Origin: Eledone cirrhosa
Taxonomy: Eukaryota
Direction: 5' to 3'
Length of the DNA: 64,000 nt
Assembly (NCBI GenBank): GCA_964016885.1
Contig: OZ024746.1
Location: 33,604,001 to 33,668,000, forward strand
Part shown: piece by piece, positions 31,577 through 45,249 of the stretch
How the letters are laid out: every line of letters begins with the position of its first letter
Position numbering within the stretch: position 1 is the first letter of the stretch
Made by a program: the position numbers and the translations under genes
The notes under the pieces: model-generated
The model's database searches: none
Told to the model about the DNA's origin: nothing
The model's input: the letters and a program-made list of their open reading frames with translations, nothing else

Positions 31577-31654
<78 letters not shown>

Positions 31655-31671
31655 GTGCGTATGTGTCTGTA

Positions 31672-31730
<59 letters not shown>

Positions 31731-32299
31731 GCGTGTGTGTATATGTGTGTATGTTTGTGTACGTTCATATGTTATTGTGTGTTTGTATCCGTGCCCACAT
31801 ATATATAATTACTTATTCTGTCTGAATATATTGGCATGTATTGATTTTCAATAAACAACGACTTCAACACATTTTTCATTTGTCATTTTACTGAAAGTGT
31901 ACTTGTAATTAAATTTAAACAATTACCACTGCCCCAGAGCGGATTTGTGATTGCAATATTTTTTTTAAATTTTTATTCTTACAGTATTCTTATTGGGAAT
32001 TAAATATACATGTGATCAGTTATTCCATAGTATGGGCATTATCATATATAAATACACAAAGAAGAGTAGTATTGCCGTGAAGAAAACCACACACAAGCTA
32101 TCATCGTATAATTCAAACATAGAAAATAATGATCGTTGGCCTACGAAAAACTGTGTCATGCGACAACACTCGCCACATGTAATAATCAATAACAATATAT
32201 ACTCATCAATATCAACAAATAAAAAATTATGATACAAATGATATTTGGAGACAATGAAAACAGAAATTTTCAAAACAAGTTGATTCTCCTCAAACAAGG

Positions 32300-34405
32300 A
32301 TTGTGAGTTGTCAGGTAGAAACTCAGGTGTCAGAATAGAGTGGCTGAAAAGACAAGTATTATAAAAAGATTCAGTGGAAACCAAACATCAGGCAATAGAG
32401 ATATATAGGTCAAATCAATAAATGTTACTGAGCCTCCGTTTCAGAAATACATAAATTCCTTCTGTAGAAAAATATGGGGTTGGTAAGATATTTCAACCAA
32501 GATGCAGTATGGTTGAAAGGTACCCGAAAGAATTATTGTCTCGGTATTAAACCAATAGCATCAATGATGATTCCGTTTAGACTGTAATAGTCAAATTTGA
32601 AGATGAGAAGCCACCATCATGGGCTTGCTTTTCAACTACTGATACTTTGTATCTGATGTATTTTATTAACCTCTACCAGCAAGCTCATGATAGAGATGCA
32701 CATATACCAAGCTGTTTGTCATAGATGAAAAAAGATTGATCCTGAAAAGAAAGAAACCGACTTGGCTAAAGACTACGTCCTATTGTATGCCAGAAACTAT
32801 TGTATAAAATGCATACAGCCTGTGTGAAACTATTCATCTATGATCATTATGACAATATGAGCATCATCACAGATGAGCATGCAGCTTAAAAGAAATTGTG
32901 TTGTGGGAGTGCCTTGCAGGTTCTAATTAACAAACATGTAATGTCAGAAATGCGCTGACATGGAAGGGAATTATTATAGTGTTGCTGGACTATAAGAATG
33001 CATTCCATAATATTACTCATTCCGGAATTCTAAAGGCCAAGGAACTTTCTAAATTCCCAGATACCATAAAAAGAGGCAATGAGAACTTTCAGGAATTTAA
33101 ATACACAGAATGGGGACAATAAGGGCACCGATACAATAGAGCATTGCAGCGATATGTTCCTAGAAGACAATGCCACTGTGATACTATTTATACTTACAGT
33201 AAACTCCTTGTCTTTTAAGCTGTGGAAATATGAAGGATACATAATATGCTCATATGAGACCAAAAAAACACTAACCTAACACATATCTTCTTCGTGGACG
33301 ATCTGAAAACAACTGCCATAAATATAAATTCTTGACCTGGTTTCGACCTTCTCGAAAGATATAGGAATCGGATTTGGCCAGATTGTAAAGCAAGGAAAAT
33401 TTACAAGCCATTCTACCAACGTCACTCTCAACGGATTCAATGTTTTTCTGGTATCTGAATAATACTGCTAAGTATATTTAGGGATTGATGAAATTCCATC
33501 CTATGATGGCATTTTAACATGGAAAGAGTAACCAAGGAATATAACAGCCGGATAATAAAACATATGGTCTTCTGGAAAATCTGCACACGATAAATCAGCG
33601 ACACACAACGTTTTGCTATACATCTGCTGATACCAACATTCGAATTACGTGACTCGAGGGATGATGGAATTATGATAACCAAAATTCCACACCCAGAAAT
33701 TTTGCACAGCAATAAAACAACGAATCAATGGTGAAAGAGTTGCATGCTTATCAGCGAAACTTGCCTGTGTCATCTTGTGTGCAGTTTTGCAATACAGGTT
33801 AAGGACCACTGTACAAAAACCAAGACAGTAATATTTCTAATAGCAGCACAGGAACAAGACCGAAGCCTCGCCTGCTGAACACTGTAAGTAAATTCAGAAT
33901 ATATGGTGATGAAACCACTAACTACATTATCTCTGTCTGCCATGTCCGAGCCCCCAAATCATACATCCACAGACATGAAAGATTTGTCCTTCATATACAC
34001 TGAAAGATATCGTGATACAAACATTCAGCACCAAATTTGACAGATAATGATGAAGATACAACACACGCAGGCATGTGAATCAAAGCCAATCGACAGAATG
34101 TCATAGTAAAAAAAACACAAAGAAAAGCAATGTCTTCTACGTGATGTTTGTAACCCCTCAGACGACAAAAATTTATCAAATAAATGTAATATTTGTTCAA
34201 CTACAAAAGAAAAGAGGAGATAGAAATAACCCGAATGTGGATGATAGAAAACAAAGAATCTTTATAATAATAGGGTGTCTGGGATATGTACAAATAGGCA
34301 GTCACATACGTACCCCAAATCACACGACATACAAATACACACAGCAGTACTAGGCACTCAGAATTGTGATCGGCGATGCAGTGTCAGCACGCAATAAAAT
34401 TAAGA
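32300..34405 (+). pseudogene. Decayed R4/Dong-like non-LTR retrotransposon ending at (TAC)n
   Basis: RPI.C..LYK, LDYKNAFHNITHS, LF.LTVNSLSFKL, HIFFVDDLK, FSKDIGIGFG, GDETTNYIISVC, AVLGT at C-terminus. Confidence 0.75.
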
Positions 34406-34406
34406 G

Positions 34407-34484
<78 letters not shown>

Positions 34485-34518
34485 GACTACTACTACTACG
34501 ACTACTACTACGATTACT
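34406..34518. repeat. (TAC)n microsatellite
   Basis: Direct reading. Confidence 0.95.
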
Positions 34519-35747
34519 CATAATTATTATGTTCATTTTGGTAATAACAATACCAATATGATGATGATAATGAGGTTGATAATCCATGAATGAACAAGAA
34601 AGTATCAACATGCCTAGAGGACAGATATTAGATGGAGGGAAAGAAAAGAAAGCACATTTCTAGAAGAAAAGTGAGAAAGAAATTGAATTAAAAGAAAAAA
34701 GAAAATGTGAATACAAATAGCCGATTCCATAAAAAATATATACTAAACAATGTAACAATGTAACAAAATATATATATTAAACAAAGAAACAAAAATAATT
34801 AAAATAATAAAAAACAAATCATCTAGCAAGAATGAATGAAAAATTATAAGATGGAAAGACATGCAATGGTTCTTTCATGTTACCATATCAAACAGATCTA
34901 GTTGATCGTTTGAAAGAAAATATAACCCTATGATAATGTCGGTCGGAAAAATCCATCATCTTATCTGCAGCATAATCTTCGCATGTCTGTTTTTTTTTAA
35001 TATGTTACCCTCTTTATCACGCTTTGCAATTCGTGGAGTTGTTTTGAGCTTTTCTCTTCACTTGCTGTGTAGGCGGAACTCTTGTGAGAGACTTCAGACG
35101 ATATATATTGAAGAACATGAAAATATTCTCAGTAATCCAACTATATAAACAACAATTTTGCAAAATATGAAAATAATAAAAAAATGGAAACAGCTTGGTC
35201 TCGTATGAAATATTATCTATTTTTTGATATTAAAGTAATTACACAAGAATAAAAATATAAAAAAATATCCAACCAAAATCACACTGAACATCAAACCAAT
35301 AAATAATTGCGGATAAAAGTAAATTAAAATTAGAAAATTAATAAGGCGCAATAATTAAACAAATGCAAATGCTACAAGAAAATTTAAATAAAGCATTATT
35401 TAAAAATAGCATAAAAGCATCCATATCCCGACACAAATATATGTGTGCGCATGTATGTATATGTGTGTGTGTATGTATATGTATGTGTATGTATGTGTGT
35501 GTAACCGCGCGTGTCTATGTGTACATGTGCATGCGTGTTAGTGTCGATGTATTTGCTTGACATTTCCCCCGTAAGCTATTGTTTATACCAGATAATGTTA
35601 ATGCATAGAAAATTTAATTCATGAAACGCAAAGACAATTCCTTGGAAGTGAAGGTGATTACAAAGGAGCGAAATAAAAATATACAATAAAGAAAGGGAAT
35701 AGAAGCTGGAAGTAAAAAAAGTATGTGTGCAGTGGGATAATAATACT

Positions 35748-35993
35748 AAGAAGAAGGAGCAGCAGCAGCAGCAGAAGAAGAAGAAGAAGAAGAAGAAGAA
35801 GAAGAAGAAGAAGAAGAAGAAGAAGAAGAAGAAGAAGAAGAAGAAAGAGTAGCAGCAGTAGAAGAAGAAGAAGAAGAAGAAGAAGAAGAAGAAGAAGAAG
35901 AAGAAGAAGAAGAAGAAGAAGAAAGAGTAGCAGCAGTAGAAGAAGAAGAAGAAGAAGAAGAAGAAGAAGAAGAAGAAGAAGAAGAAGAAGAAG

Positions 35994-36024
<31 letters not shown>

Positions 36025-36090
36025 GGAAGAAGAAGAAGAAGAAGAAGAAGAAGAAGAAGAAGAAGAAGAAGAAGAAGAAGAAGAAGAAGA
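35748..36090. repeat. (AAG)n microsatellite with repeated aagagtagcagcagt interruption
   Basis: Direct reading. Confidence 0.95.
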
Positions 36091-36545
36091 GTTAAAATTA
36101 GGAGATACTTCGGATAAATAATTATTGTAGAGATGAATATGATTAGAAGAGAATTTGAAAAAAAAAGTTAAAGAACGATATAAAGAAGAGTAAGTGATGA
36201 AAATTATGAAACAATTCGCAGAGACGATGATGAATATGACGCTTGATAAAATAATGGTGATGCACCTGATTGTGATTATGATTAAAGATGTTGATGATCA
36301 TTACTTCATCAAAAATTCTTATTTCACCCCTCCTTTCTTTGTAATCATCAATATTATCATCACCAATATCTTCTTGGTAATTATTACGACTACGGCACTT
36401 ATCAGGATGTCAATAATTATGAATAATGTTTCGTGTGTGATGACCAACGCAAATGAAAATGACTCATTTTTCTGGTGATGTTAATTGTGATTAATATGAA
36501 ATACATTAACAAGATTCATGAACGAACGTTGTATTTATAAGAACA

Positions 36546-36977
36546 ATAATTGTTTCTACGTTAGGCACAAGGCCAGCAATTACCCAGTGTATTACTGGTA
36601 CTTTATTTTATCGACCTCGTAAGGATGAAAGGCAAAGTTAACCTCGGCGGGATTTGAACTCAGAATGGCAAGGGCCGTAACTCTATGCGCCAAAGCATGG
36701 CATCCGACACTCTACCAATACTGCCAATCCACCGCCTATATTTATAAGAACAGTAATAATAGTTTCTACTATAGGCACAAGGCCAACAATTTGAGGGGAA
36801 GGGAAAGTCGATTAAATCGACCCCAGTTAATTACTGATACTTTATTTTATCGACCCCATAAAGACGAAAGGCAAAGCTAACATCGGCGGGATTTGAACTC
36901 AGAACGTAAAGAGCCGGAATAAATGCGACAAAGCATTTTCTCAGACACTCTAACGGTTCAGTCAATCCACCGGCCTA
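36546..36977 (-). mobile_element. Two near-full tRNA-derived SINE copies in tandem (36546-36738, 36757-36977)
   Basis: A-box (tggcagtattgg) and B-box (gagttcaaatccc) on the minus strand. Confidence 0.88.
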
Positions 36978-37732
36978 ATAATAATACTAATAGTAATTGT
37001 TATTAGTATTATAATTATCATCAGTAGTAGTAATTATAGTAGTAGTAGTAGCAGTAGCAGTACTAGCAGTAGTAGCATAAGTAGTAGTTGTATCAACAGC
37101 AACAGCTCAAGGGAAATAACGATGGAAGAGGAATGAAATAAGTCAACAGAAAGTACAACAAATAAAGGAAACATATAGAAGATTAAATAGAAAATTTTTA
37201 AGAATCGACATATTGTAAAATGAATGACGCAGAAGTACGTCATCAAAATAGTAAACAATAAAAACCAGCACGAGAAAAAGGAACGATAATGCAAACAATT
37301 TTGAACAACGAAAATTACGTAAGTCGTCCATACTAAGATAGAAAAAAATGGATAAATAAACGAGACGAAAATGTCTAATAAATCGTTGTTCGTATCGCTG
37401 TTGGCTGTGATGATGAGGATGAGAATAATTTAGTGATTAAAATTTTGCAGACCCGTATGAATATCATAAATTACAAACGACATCAAAGATCAAGGACATA
37501 GAACAGGATGAGAGAAAAAAATTATAAGATCCTTTTATCTTTCGTATTAATTAATCCTAATTTCGTGATATCAGGAGAAGAAAATACTCATTAATAACTT
37601 GTAAAGATTAAGTAGAATCATATTAAGGATCAACTGGAGATATAAAATTGGTAACTGGATGTTATGTAACGGTAAATATAGTATATGTGGATATTATTTT
37701 ACTCAATCTCTCTCTTTAAATATATATATATA

Positions 37733-37850
37733 TAAAACAATGAAAGTGTCGTAAGATACCAGGTGGACCATAACGCACCAGAGTACTCGATACTTAGGGT
37801 AGTAAAGTGGGTAATAAGAAAAGAGTCAGGACCCCGACGGCTGAGCTCCT
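37733..37850 (-). mobile_element. Family A single arm
   Basis: ccaggtggaccataacgcaccagagtactcgatacttagggtagta...ccccgacggctgagctc. Confidence 0.8.
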
Positions 37851-37867
37851 ACGTGTTATGAAACAAT

Positions 37868-37907
<40 letters not shown>

Positions 37908-37939
37908 ATGCACACACACACACGCACATATATATGGAG

Positions 37940-38074
37940 TTACAATTTTAAGAATATGATTGGGACTACATGGATGAGGAAAGCACGATCCAGAGAGGAA
38001 TGGACGGCGTGCTGTGACCAGCGGCGCCGAATGGCCGCCCGACAGACTGGTCGGTCAAGGTGATCAAGGTGATA
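37940..38074 (+). mobile_element. RTE-like LINE 3' end
   Basis: IGTTWMRKARSREEW C-terminus and tandem caaggtgat tail. Confidence 0.5.
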
Positions 38075-38101
38075 TATATACACTCATATACGCACTCATA
38101 T

Positions 38102-38232
<131 letters not shown>

Positions 38233-38302
38233 AAGTAATTGTTTCATAACACGTTGGTACCTCAATGAAAGGACGGGGTATATCAATAAATTAATAAACC
38301 AA

Positions 38303-38475
38303 TAATTGTTTCTACTATTGGCACAAGGGCAGCAAATAACCAGTACATTACTGGTACTTTATTTTATTGACCCCGTAAGGATGAAAGGCAAAGTTAACCT
38401 CGACATGATTTGAACTCAGAATGGCACACTCTATGCGTCAAATCATGGTGTCCGACCCTCTACCGATACTGTCAA
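38303..38475 (-). mobile_element. SINE copy
   Basis: Match to 36546-36738. Confidence 0.85.
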
Positions 38476-38706
38476 CCAATAATACACTCTGAGAAGTATT
38501 AAAATTGTAGTCCAAATTACACTTTGTATAAGTCAAGTTGGCTAAAAGAAGCCAATTTTAACTTATATTATGCATCAATCATGGTTTCAAAAGCTCAAAG
38601 ATGCGCTTAATGCTGCCCTAGTGATCCTCCCAATATATGCATTACATATGGCTATGTGCAAATGCAAGTGTCCGTCAATGTTCTGGAGTGTATACACGTG
38701 TTTATA

Positions 38707-38746
<40 letters not shown>

Positions 38747-38979
38747 CTATTAATAATGAGTTCAAACCTCAGGCAGTCCTTTACAATGAAATAGCTCAAA
38801 GAAATATTTCCGAGGCCAATATGCTTTGTTTTTATTGATTTATTATTTTAAATCGAGACAGGCAAACTGTATTATTATAATTAGTATTTTTCAATCTAGC
38901 TAACTTTAGTCGTCGTTTACAATACAAACACGGATATGTTGGTATTTCTGTTTAACAAATATATTAATTTATATTAACT

Positions 38980-39054
<75 letters not shown>

Positions 39055-39212
39055 ATACTTTGGGAGGGTCATGTTGCCAATAAGAAGCACACGCACCAGT
39101 TGCTTTCACTTCAATTTATTATATATTTATAAATTTATAAATTTAAAAATTTACAAACTTATAAATTTCTGGTTGGTTGGTTGGTTCCACAACCAGATAG
39201 TTGTTTATATAT

Positions 39213-39257
39213 AGTCATAGTCCTTTCGTCACACACTCTGTGACCTCTTCAGTGACT
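39213..39257 (-). ncRNA. Type I hammerhead ribozyme motif (family E)
   Basis: agtca-CTGAAGA-g gtcaca gagtg tgtgac-GAAA-ggac-TA-tgact; homologues at about 45310-45355 (+) and 60184-60228 (-). Confidence 0.8.
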
Positions 39258-39487
39258 GGAGATTCCTTTCTTTGTTTCTCTGCCTTTCCTTTCTTCTATC
39301 CTACGCCATTTTGTTTCTGTGTGTGTGTTGTGTGCTCAGTTTGCGCATGCGCCACATCCGGGTGTCTGTGTGTGCTTGTGTTCATTTATCTATTTGTTTA
39401 TTTATTTATTTATTTATTGTTGGTTGGTTGTTTGTTCTATGTGTGTGTGTGTTTTCATTTTGTCCTGTGTGTGTTTTCATTTTGTCC

Positions 39488-40321
39488 TTAATTGTAAGTT
39501 GTGATGTTGCTGTTCCACTCATATTTTCTATTTAATTTTGGTTGTAATTCTTTTATGCTTACTGCCTCTGTAATTTGCCTAAACATTGCATCTTTTCTGT
39601 GTGTGGATTCTATTTTTATTTCTATGTTCTCTAATCTACCCCTGTGTCCTATCTTAGCATGTTGGTAGAGCACAGATGATTCTTTATTATCTTGGAGGTC
39701 TCGCCAGTGTTCATTTATTCGTTCCCCTATACTACGAGCTGTCTCACCTATGTATACTATATTTTTGTTTCTACATTGTCCTTCAGTACATCTTATGCTA
39801 TACACTACATTTCTAGTTTTACAGTTAATATGGGGGCTTATTTTACAGGTTATACATTTCTTATCTATACATGAGGGTCTTTGAAAAGGGTATGCCTTGC
39901 TAATAAGTGTTTTTACGGAGGTACCTGGTCTTTCTACTATCTTAATATTGAGTTTATGTTTATTTAGGGCCCTTCTAAATTTGTAGGCTAGTTCGCCTCT
40001 AGGGGTTGTATTGATGAACATTACACTCTGGTATTTATTGCTATCATACCATGAGTTTATTCTATTGGCCTTGTTCCTAGTTCTTTTTATTCTATTCCAA
40101 AATTTGCTCCTATATAAGGGGCAGGTCCCATTTATGTCATTATTTACCATTTTTTCCCATTTGGTTCTGGCTCCTTTATACACTCTGATTCTATCTCTCT
40201 GATTGTAGCCAGAGAACTGCATACGGTGGATGAAGTGTTGTATGTGTCTCTCTAGTTCTTCGGGGTTGCACATGCGGGACACATTTCTCATCACCCGTAC
40301 CAAATCCGCAATCAGTATGTA
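39488..40321 (-). pseudogene. PLE RT thumb, Cys linker and GIY-YIG endonuclease; open to the stop codon but 5'-truncated
   Basis: MQFSGY, CIDKKCITC, NVVYSIRC..VYIGETARSIGERINEH, RQITEAV.I..P.LNRK.EW. Confidence 0.92.
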
Positions 40322-40413
40322 TTTATTGGCAACATGACCCTCCCAAAGTATAACAATATCGGTTTCAACACACGATTTCAGATAAAGAATCTTGCTAAAC
40401 AAATTCAGAAACG

Positions 40414-40443
<30 letters not shown>

Positions 40444-40447
<4 letters not shown>

Positions 40448-40790
40448 CTTGAGTATGTGTTGGTTGTTTACCGACACCTCAGTATGCAGGTTGGTGCACT
40501 CGACGAAGTACGCAGTTTGGTTTGTTTACTCCGGAGTAATGTAAAATAAGTAAGTCAAACATGTTAAATTTGGCTTCGTTTATTATACATTCTTTGCTAT
40601 ATATATTTTTCAGTGACTGTTATTATTGGCTGTGACCTCTTCCGGCAGTACGAATTAATGTAGAAAGAACAGGTAAACATGGTGTTTAAATGTGTTCCCC
40701 TCTGTCAATTCATCGATATGTCCAGCTCTTGGGTGTGTTGTTAGTGCTACGAGGAACTGGAATCATGATTTTAATTAAACATACAGTTCA
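40444..40790 (-). mobile_element. Family H single arm with long tail and mutated HHR
   Basis: Reverse-complement match to 58745-58968 and 63283-63489. Confidence 0.8.
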
Positions 40791-40802
40791 TTGCCACATA
40801 TA

Positions 40803-40874
<72 letters not shown>

Positions 40875-40884
40875 ACACACACTC

Positions 40885-40918
<34 letters not shown>

Positions 40919-40956
40919 CAATATTATATATATATATATTTATAAACTTTTCTTTT

Positions 40957-41008
40957 AGTTTCAGAAGATCCCGTAAAAGGCTGAAAGCAGCGATTATTTG
41001 CTTAAACT
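40957..41008 (+). ncRNA. Variant hammerhead-like motif (family F)
   Basis: agttt-CAGAAGA-tcccgtaaaaggct-GAAA-gca..tgc-TT-aaact; same core at 53715-53765 (-). Confidence 0.6.
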
Positions 41009-42038
41009 TTAATCTGTACATATAATAAATAAATATATATATATTTATACATATCTAAATTATATGTTGAGGGTTATCGAATAGAAATAACCGAGTCTCG
41101 GTCGTTTCGTCACTCACTCAATTATTTTATTAAGTCCGTGTTCTAAAAATTCGATCCCACCCGATTAGTGAGTACACATACGTTAAGCAGTGTGGAAGAC
41201 AACTCTGAGTTTGTAGAAAAGTTGAGATACTCGGACCGATGTAGCATTTTCTCAGATTCCTATCTACTGGTACTAGTCTGAATGGAGTCATCGTGTGCAA
41301 AATTTAGGTAATGTTAATATGTATTACGTAAGTTGGCGAGAACCGCCTTCCTGTAATAGAGAGTTGCTTATTGCCTGCTAGTACATCCGGTTGCTGGACA
41401 CAAGTGAATACAGGAGTAGTCCTTAACTTTGAGTTGACGTGTGACGTCATATAAAAGATAATATATCTCAGCCCTGATCATTTACAGGGAATATAAGGAA
41501 GTCTTGATTCAAATTGAAAAATTGACCATACCAGTCTGTGTATATGTCTGCGTGGTTGCCAGAACAGTTATGACGATTGAAACGATTAGTATGTAGACTT
41601 TACGCAGTCTTTTATATTTTCCATTTCATACTGCTGTGTTTCATTTATCGTTGTAAACGTCTGATTCCATTGCTGTGATATAACCTCGTATTTTCCAAAA
41701 TTAGTTCTAGCTCTAATCTGTAAATAGAATTTCTTTAAACTCCGACACATTTTCTTCCAGCGTGAACGGAAATGACGAAAAACACGAAATTGTTTACCGG
41801 AATAATTTTCTTTCATATGTTTCCCAAAATACGTTTGCAACATAGAACACTCTTTAATATATATTTTATTGTTGCACATAAAGATAACATTTGCTAAAGG
41901 GAATCTCTAAGAATGGTTACACCTGGAGGATATGTGAAGACACATGCTTAAATATACAACATCAGAAACTGAATAATTCATACAATATATATATATATAT
42001 CAATGCCGTATTGACAGTATACAATAATGTGAGATGCT

Positions 42039-42139
42039 TATATAGTGAAGTGACGAAAGCTCAACAAGTATAATCTATATGTATAAAACTATATAGTGAT
42101 GTGACGAAAGCTCAACAAGTAAAATCTATATGTATAAAA
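42039..42139. repeat. Tandem duplication of about 50 bp
   Basis: tatatagtga.gtgacgaaagctcaacaagta.aatctatatgtataaaa twice. Confidence 0.85.
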
Positions 42140-43179
42140 GTGACGTTCAAGATATATCTAAAACAAAATCATAAATAAATACATACACATTTACAGCTAT
42201 ATCAGAGTCCAAAAATATATAATCTGCACAAAGGCAAGGAACCAGAACATAAAACTGATAAACATTTCGTAAAGGTAAAAAAAATACGTGACTGTGTGAA
42301 TGTTAGTGTGTATGAGTGTGCGTGCCTGTGCCAGTGTGTGTTTTTGTCTTTGTTTGTGTGTCTGAATGTATTTAATTTGGTATTAAGAACAATAAGGTAT
42401 CGAATTGTAAATGTGGAGGTAATATACTTTAATACTTAATATTATTTAGAAATCGAAATAACTTATCATTTGAGAAACATTGTGAAAGATGCAGCAGCGA
42501 TTTTTTTTCCAAATCAGACATCGAACTTCTTTAATGTGGAGACGGCTGACCTCGACTGTGACGATGGCAAGAGCCCCGACGAATTAAACGAATTCTCTAA
42601 GACGGCTACCTGCTTAAGGAGGGAACCTCCTAGAGTGGATTGCCTAGTGCACTGGGTGACTCTGGCCATTCTCCGCTGTAATACCTTTTCGTCCGCTGTA
42701 ATACCCCTCCGACTGGCGTGTAATGTCTGTCCCTCGCCCTTTCCCTTTCTTTCGTTGCTTGTATTCTTTAGTTGTATGTTTGGTTGTCGTATAAACAGTT
42801 TTGTATAATAACAAATAAAAATATATTTTATGTCATTAATCATGTTAAAGCATTCATGATGTATGTGGGAAGGGAAATGTTACTTCGTTATAGAATTCTG
42901 AATCGTCGATCAATAATATATTTCTCGAAAATTATAGTCTCAATAGTCTCAAGTTTTATTAATTTATATTTCTTCAGATAAAATGCATTTACATCCAAAT
43001 TACTTTTTTTAAATATTCGTAGTCGCTATTGATAATGATATATTTTTTAATATATAGATGGTGTTTGCTACTAATGCTATAATGTAATATTGAACTATTT
43101 CTAAATCGCAATTTATATAATTTCAGTTGTGTGTGTGTGATAAATATGCTGATAAACTCCTTATTATATATATATATAT

Positions 43180-43296
43180 AATTGTTTTTACTTTTGGCAC
43201 AAGGCCAGCAATTACCCAGTGAATTTCTGGTACTTTATTTATCGACCCCGTAAGGATGAAAGGCAAAGTTAACATCGGCGGGATTTGAACTCAGAA
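43180..43296 (-). mobile_element. Partial SINE copy
   Basis: Match to the SINE 3' half. Confidence 0.85.
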
Positions 43297-43396
43297 ATAT
43301 ATAATAATAAGTTGACGGACCCAGCATATTTATCACACGCACGCCGTAAATGATATCACTTGCAGTTTAGAAATAGTTTATATAGCATATATATAG

Positions 43397-43583
43397 ATGC
43401 GGTGGATTGGCAGCATCGGTAGAGAGTCGGACGCCATGCTTTCCAGCATAGTTACGTCCCTTTACGGTCTGAGTTCAAATCCCGCCGAGGTTAACTTTTC
43501 TTTTCATGCTTACGGGGTCGGTAAAATAAAGTACCAGTAATGTACTGTGTGATTGCTGGCCTTGGGCCAAAAGAGAAACAATT
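43397..43583 (+). mobile_element. Full-length tRNA-derived SINE
   Basis: A-box tggcagcatcgg, B-box gagttcaaatccc, body ggggtcg.taaaataaagtaccag. Confidence 0.88.
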
Positions 43584-45249
43584 ATATATATATATATATA
43601 TGATGGTATAGTGATATTTTCCATTTATTACTATATATATATACGTGTGTATGTGTGTGTGTATTCTATTTTGATATTTGTTTACATTGTTTTTGATTTC
43701 TAACCATGTATTAAACCGGATATTTTTGCATGTGTATGTGTTATACACCCAGTAAAAATAGGCATCGGTCTAATAATGTTATTTTATATGTGCATCTGAG
43801 TACGTTTATATGTGAGTCTGCGATGAAGATTGCGTTAAGAATATATGCCTATAATTTGTGTGGTGCAAATAGCAGTGTGAAGATTTGGTATGAGATAATT
43901 GGGAATAACTGTTTGTGTTTGCGTGTGCACGAGTTTATGTGTCAGTGGTCATCCATGTAAACGTTTGTGTATATCAGGCTAGATGTGTCTATGTGGCTAT
44001 TCTTACATGTTTGCGATTGCAGCGAGTCATATGATTCTTCGTTTATAAGTTTTCCCTGTCTGAATACGTATTTACTAGGTATATGTGTGTGTGTCAGGCA
44101 TATGTGGAAAATATCTTATGACATTTGACATAATGATTCGCGGGCTGCAAGACATACTGTGATGATATGACGTAGATTCCATTAGAAATCAAGGAGGGGC
44201 GAGCTGCTAATCGGACCTACAGTATGTCTTTCTATGGATCAAGTAATGTAGCTACTAATGCCTTTTTGAATGATGTTAATATGACATAACAATAGCTGAC
44301 ATTTTTTTCTCACATACTACAAATATACACTACGTGGATAGATGTACATACGATCAAATATTAATATACAAATGTGGATAAATTGTGGAGAGGGCATATG
44401 TAAAAGGGGTAATAGAATACATGGCAAAAAGAAGGGAAAGGAGAGGGTTATGATATATATATATAGACGGAGGGTTATAATATAGGGAAAGAGAGAGGGT
44501 TATAATATATAGGGAGAGCGTTTTTGGTTATACGGGAGTCGTCGACAATTTATGAAGGTATCCGGAGAAAACCCGTACCTCCTCCGATTTACGCGAAACT
44601 TGTTTTATTCCATTTGCATTCCCATTTCAGGGGCCACCTCCGTTCAAAGTATTCTCCCATTAGGATCCGTTTTGGTTGTATTACATTACAGTCAAGCAGA
44701 CAATCACAGAGTTTTATTAGGATATAGAGAGATATCTGCTTCAGAAAAATCTGACGCTTGAGCTATCTAAAAACATGCCACCGTTTACATAGAATAGAGA
44801 CTAAGCAAACGACTCAGACGTAAACAATTTAGACGTTTTTAACATTGACTTAATGACGAAATTATTCAACCTCTTTAAGAAACCAATTGAAATATTCACT
44901 CTATAGATGTTCGAGCTCGTCACTCACAAGTGTGTTTAATGCTTTAATCCAAACCTTTCTAAGTCAAATTTCTAACCAGGCGTCTAGCAGAGTAATATGC
45001 CATTAGATAGTCAAATATTACAATGCTGGCTTAGACACGAACGGATTTACGGATGCGATCAGCTACAATCCCGGACCACATTTGTGGAAATATTCAGTTC
45101 CAGACGTCTGCCTCACTGAACGTAAAAACCGATATTCGTAAATTATCCTAGTTTACTAACAATTCTTAAAATTCCTGCGTTCCACATACATAATTACGCA
45201 TTGCTAATCCATTTGAATTTACCTTGCGTTGAGTATGACAACATACAGT

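Larger units (their letters stand above)
28960..31577 (-). mobile_element. 5'-truncated GC-rich Penelope-like element (Neptune-like), TA-flanked
   Basis: RT-thumb, Cys linker and GIY-YIG coding region, about 1.45-kb 3' UTR, terminal minimal HHR. Confidence 0.92.
39051..40418 (-). mobile_element. 5'-truncated family E PLE with inverted terminal copy at its 5' junction (40322-40418)
   Basis: ttattggcaacatgaccctcccaaagtataacaa at both ends in inverted orientation; TA-flanked. Confidence 0.92.

Noticed and set aside
35725-36117. Protamine-like poly-Arg ORF
   Set aside because: Pure (AAG)n repeat with no codon diversity
40345-40390. Second HHR-like motif (ctgaaat...gaaac...gtt) in the family E tail
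   Set aside because: Core lacks G8/A9, has no stem II, is not conserved in 45460-45500 or 58615-58655, and is antisense to the real family E HHR
40322-40477. N-terminus of the 329-aa ORF
   Set aside because: Chance read-through of TA and the inverted terminal copy; the paralogue at 57600 shows the real upstream sequence differs
43397-43500. tRNA gene
   Set aside because: A and B boxes are present but there is no cloverleaf; it is the head of a multicopy SINE
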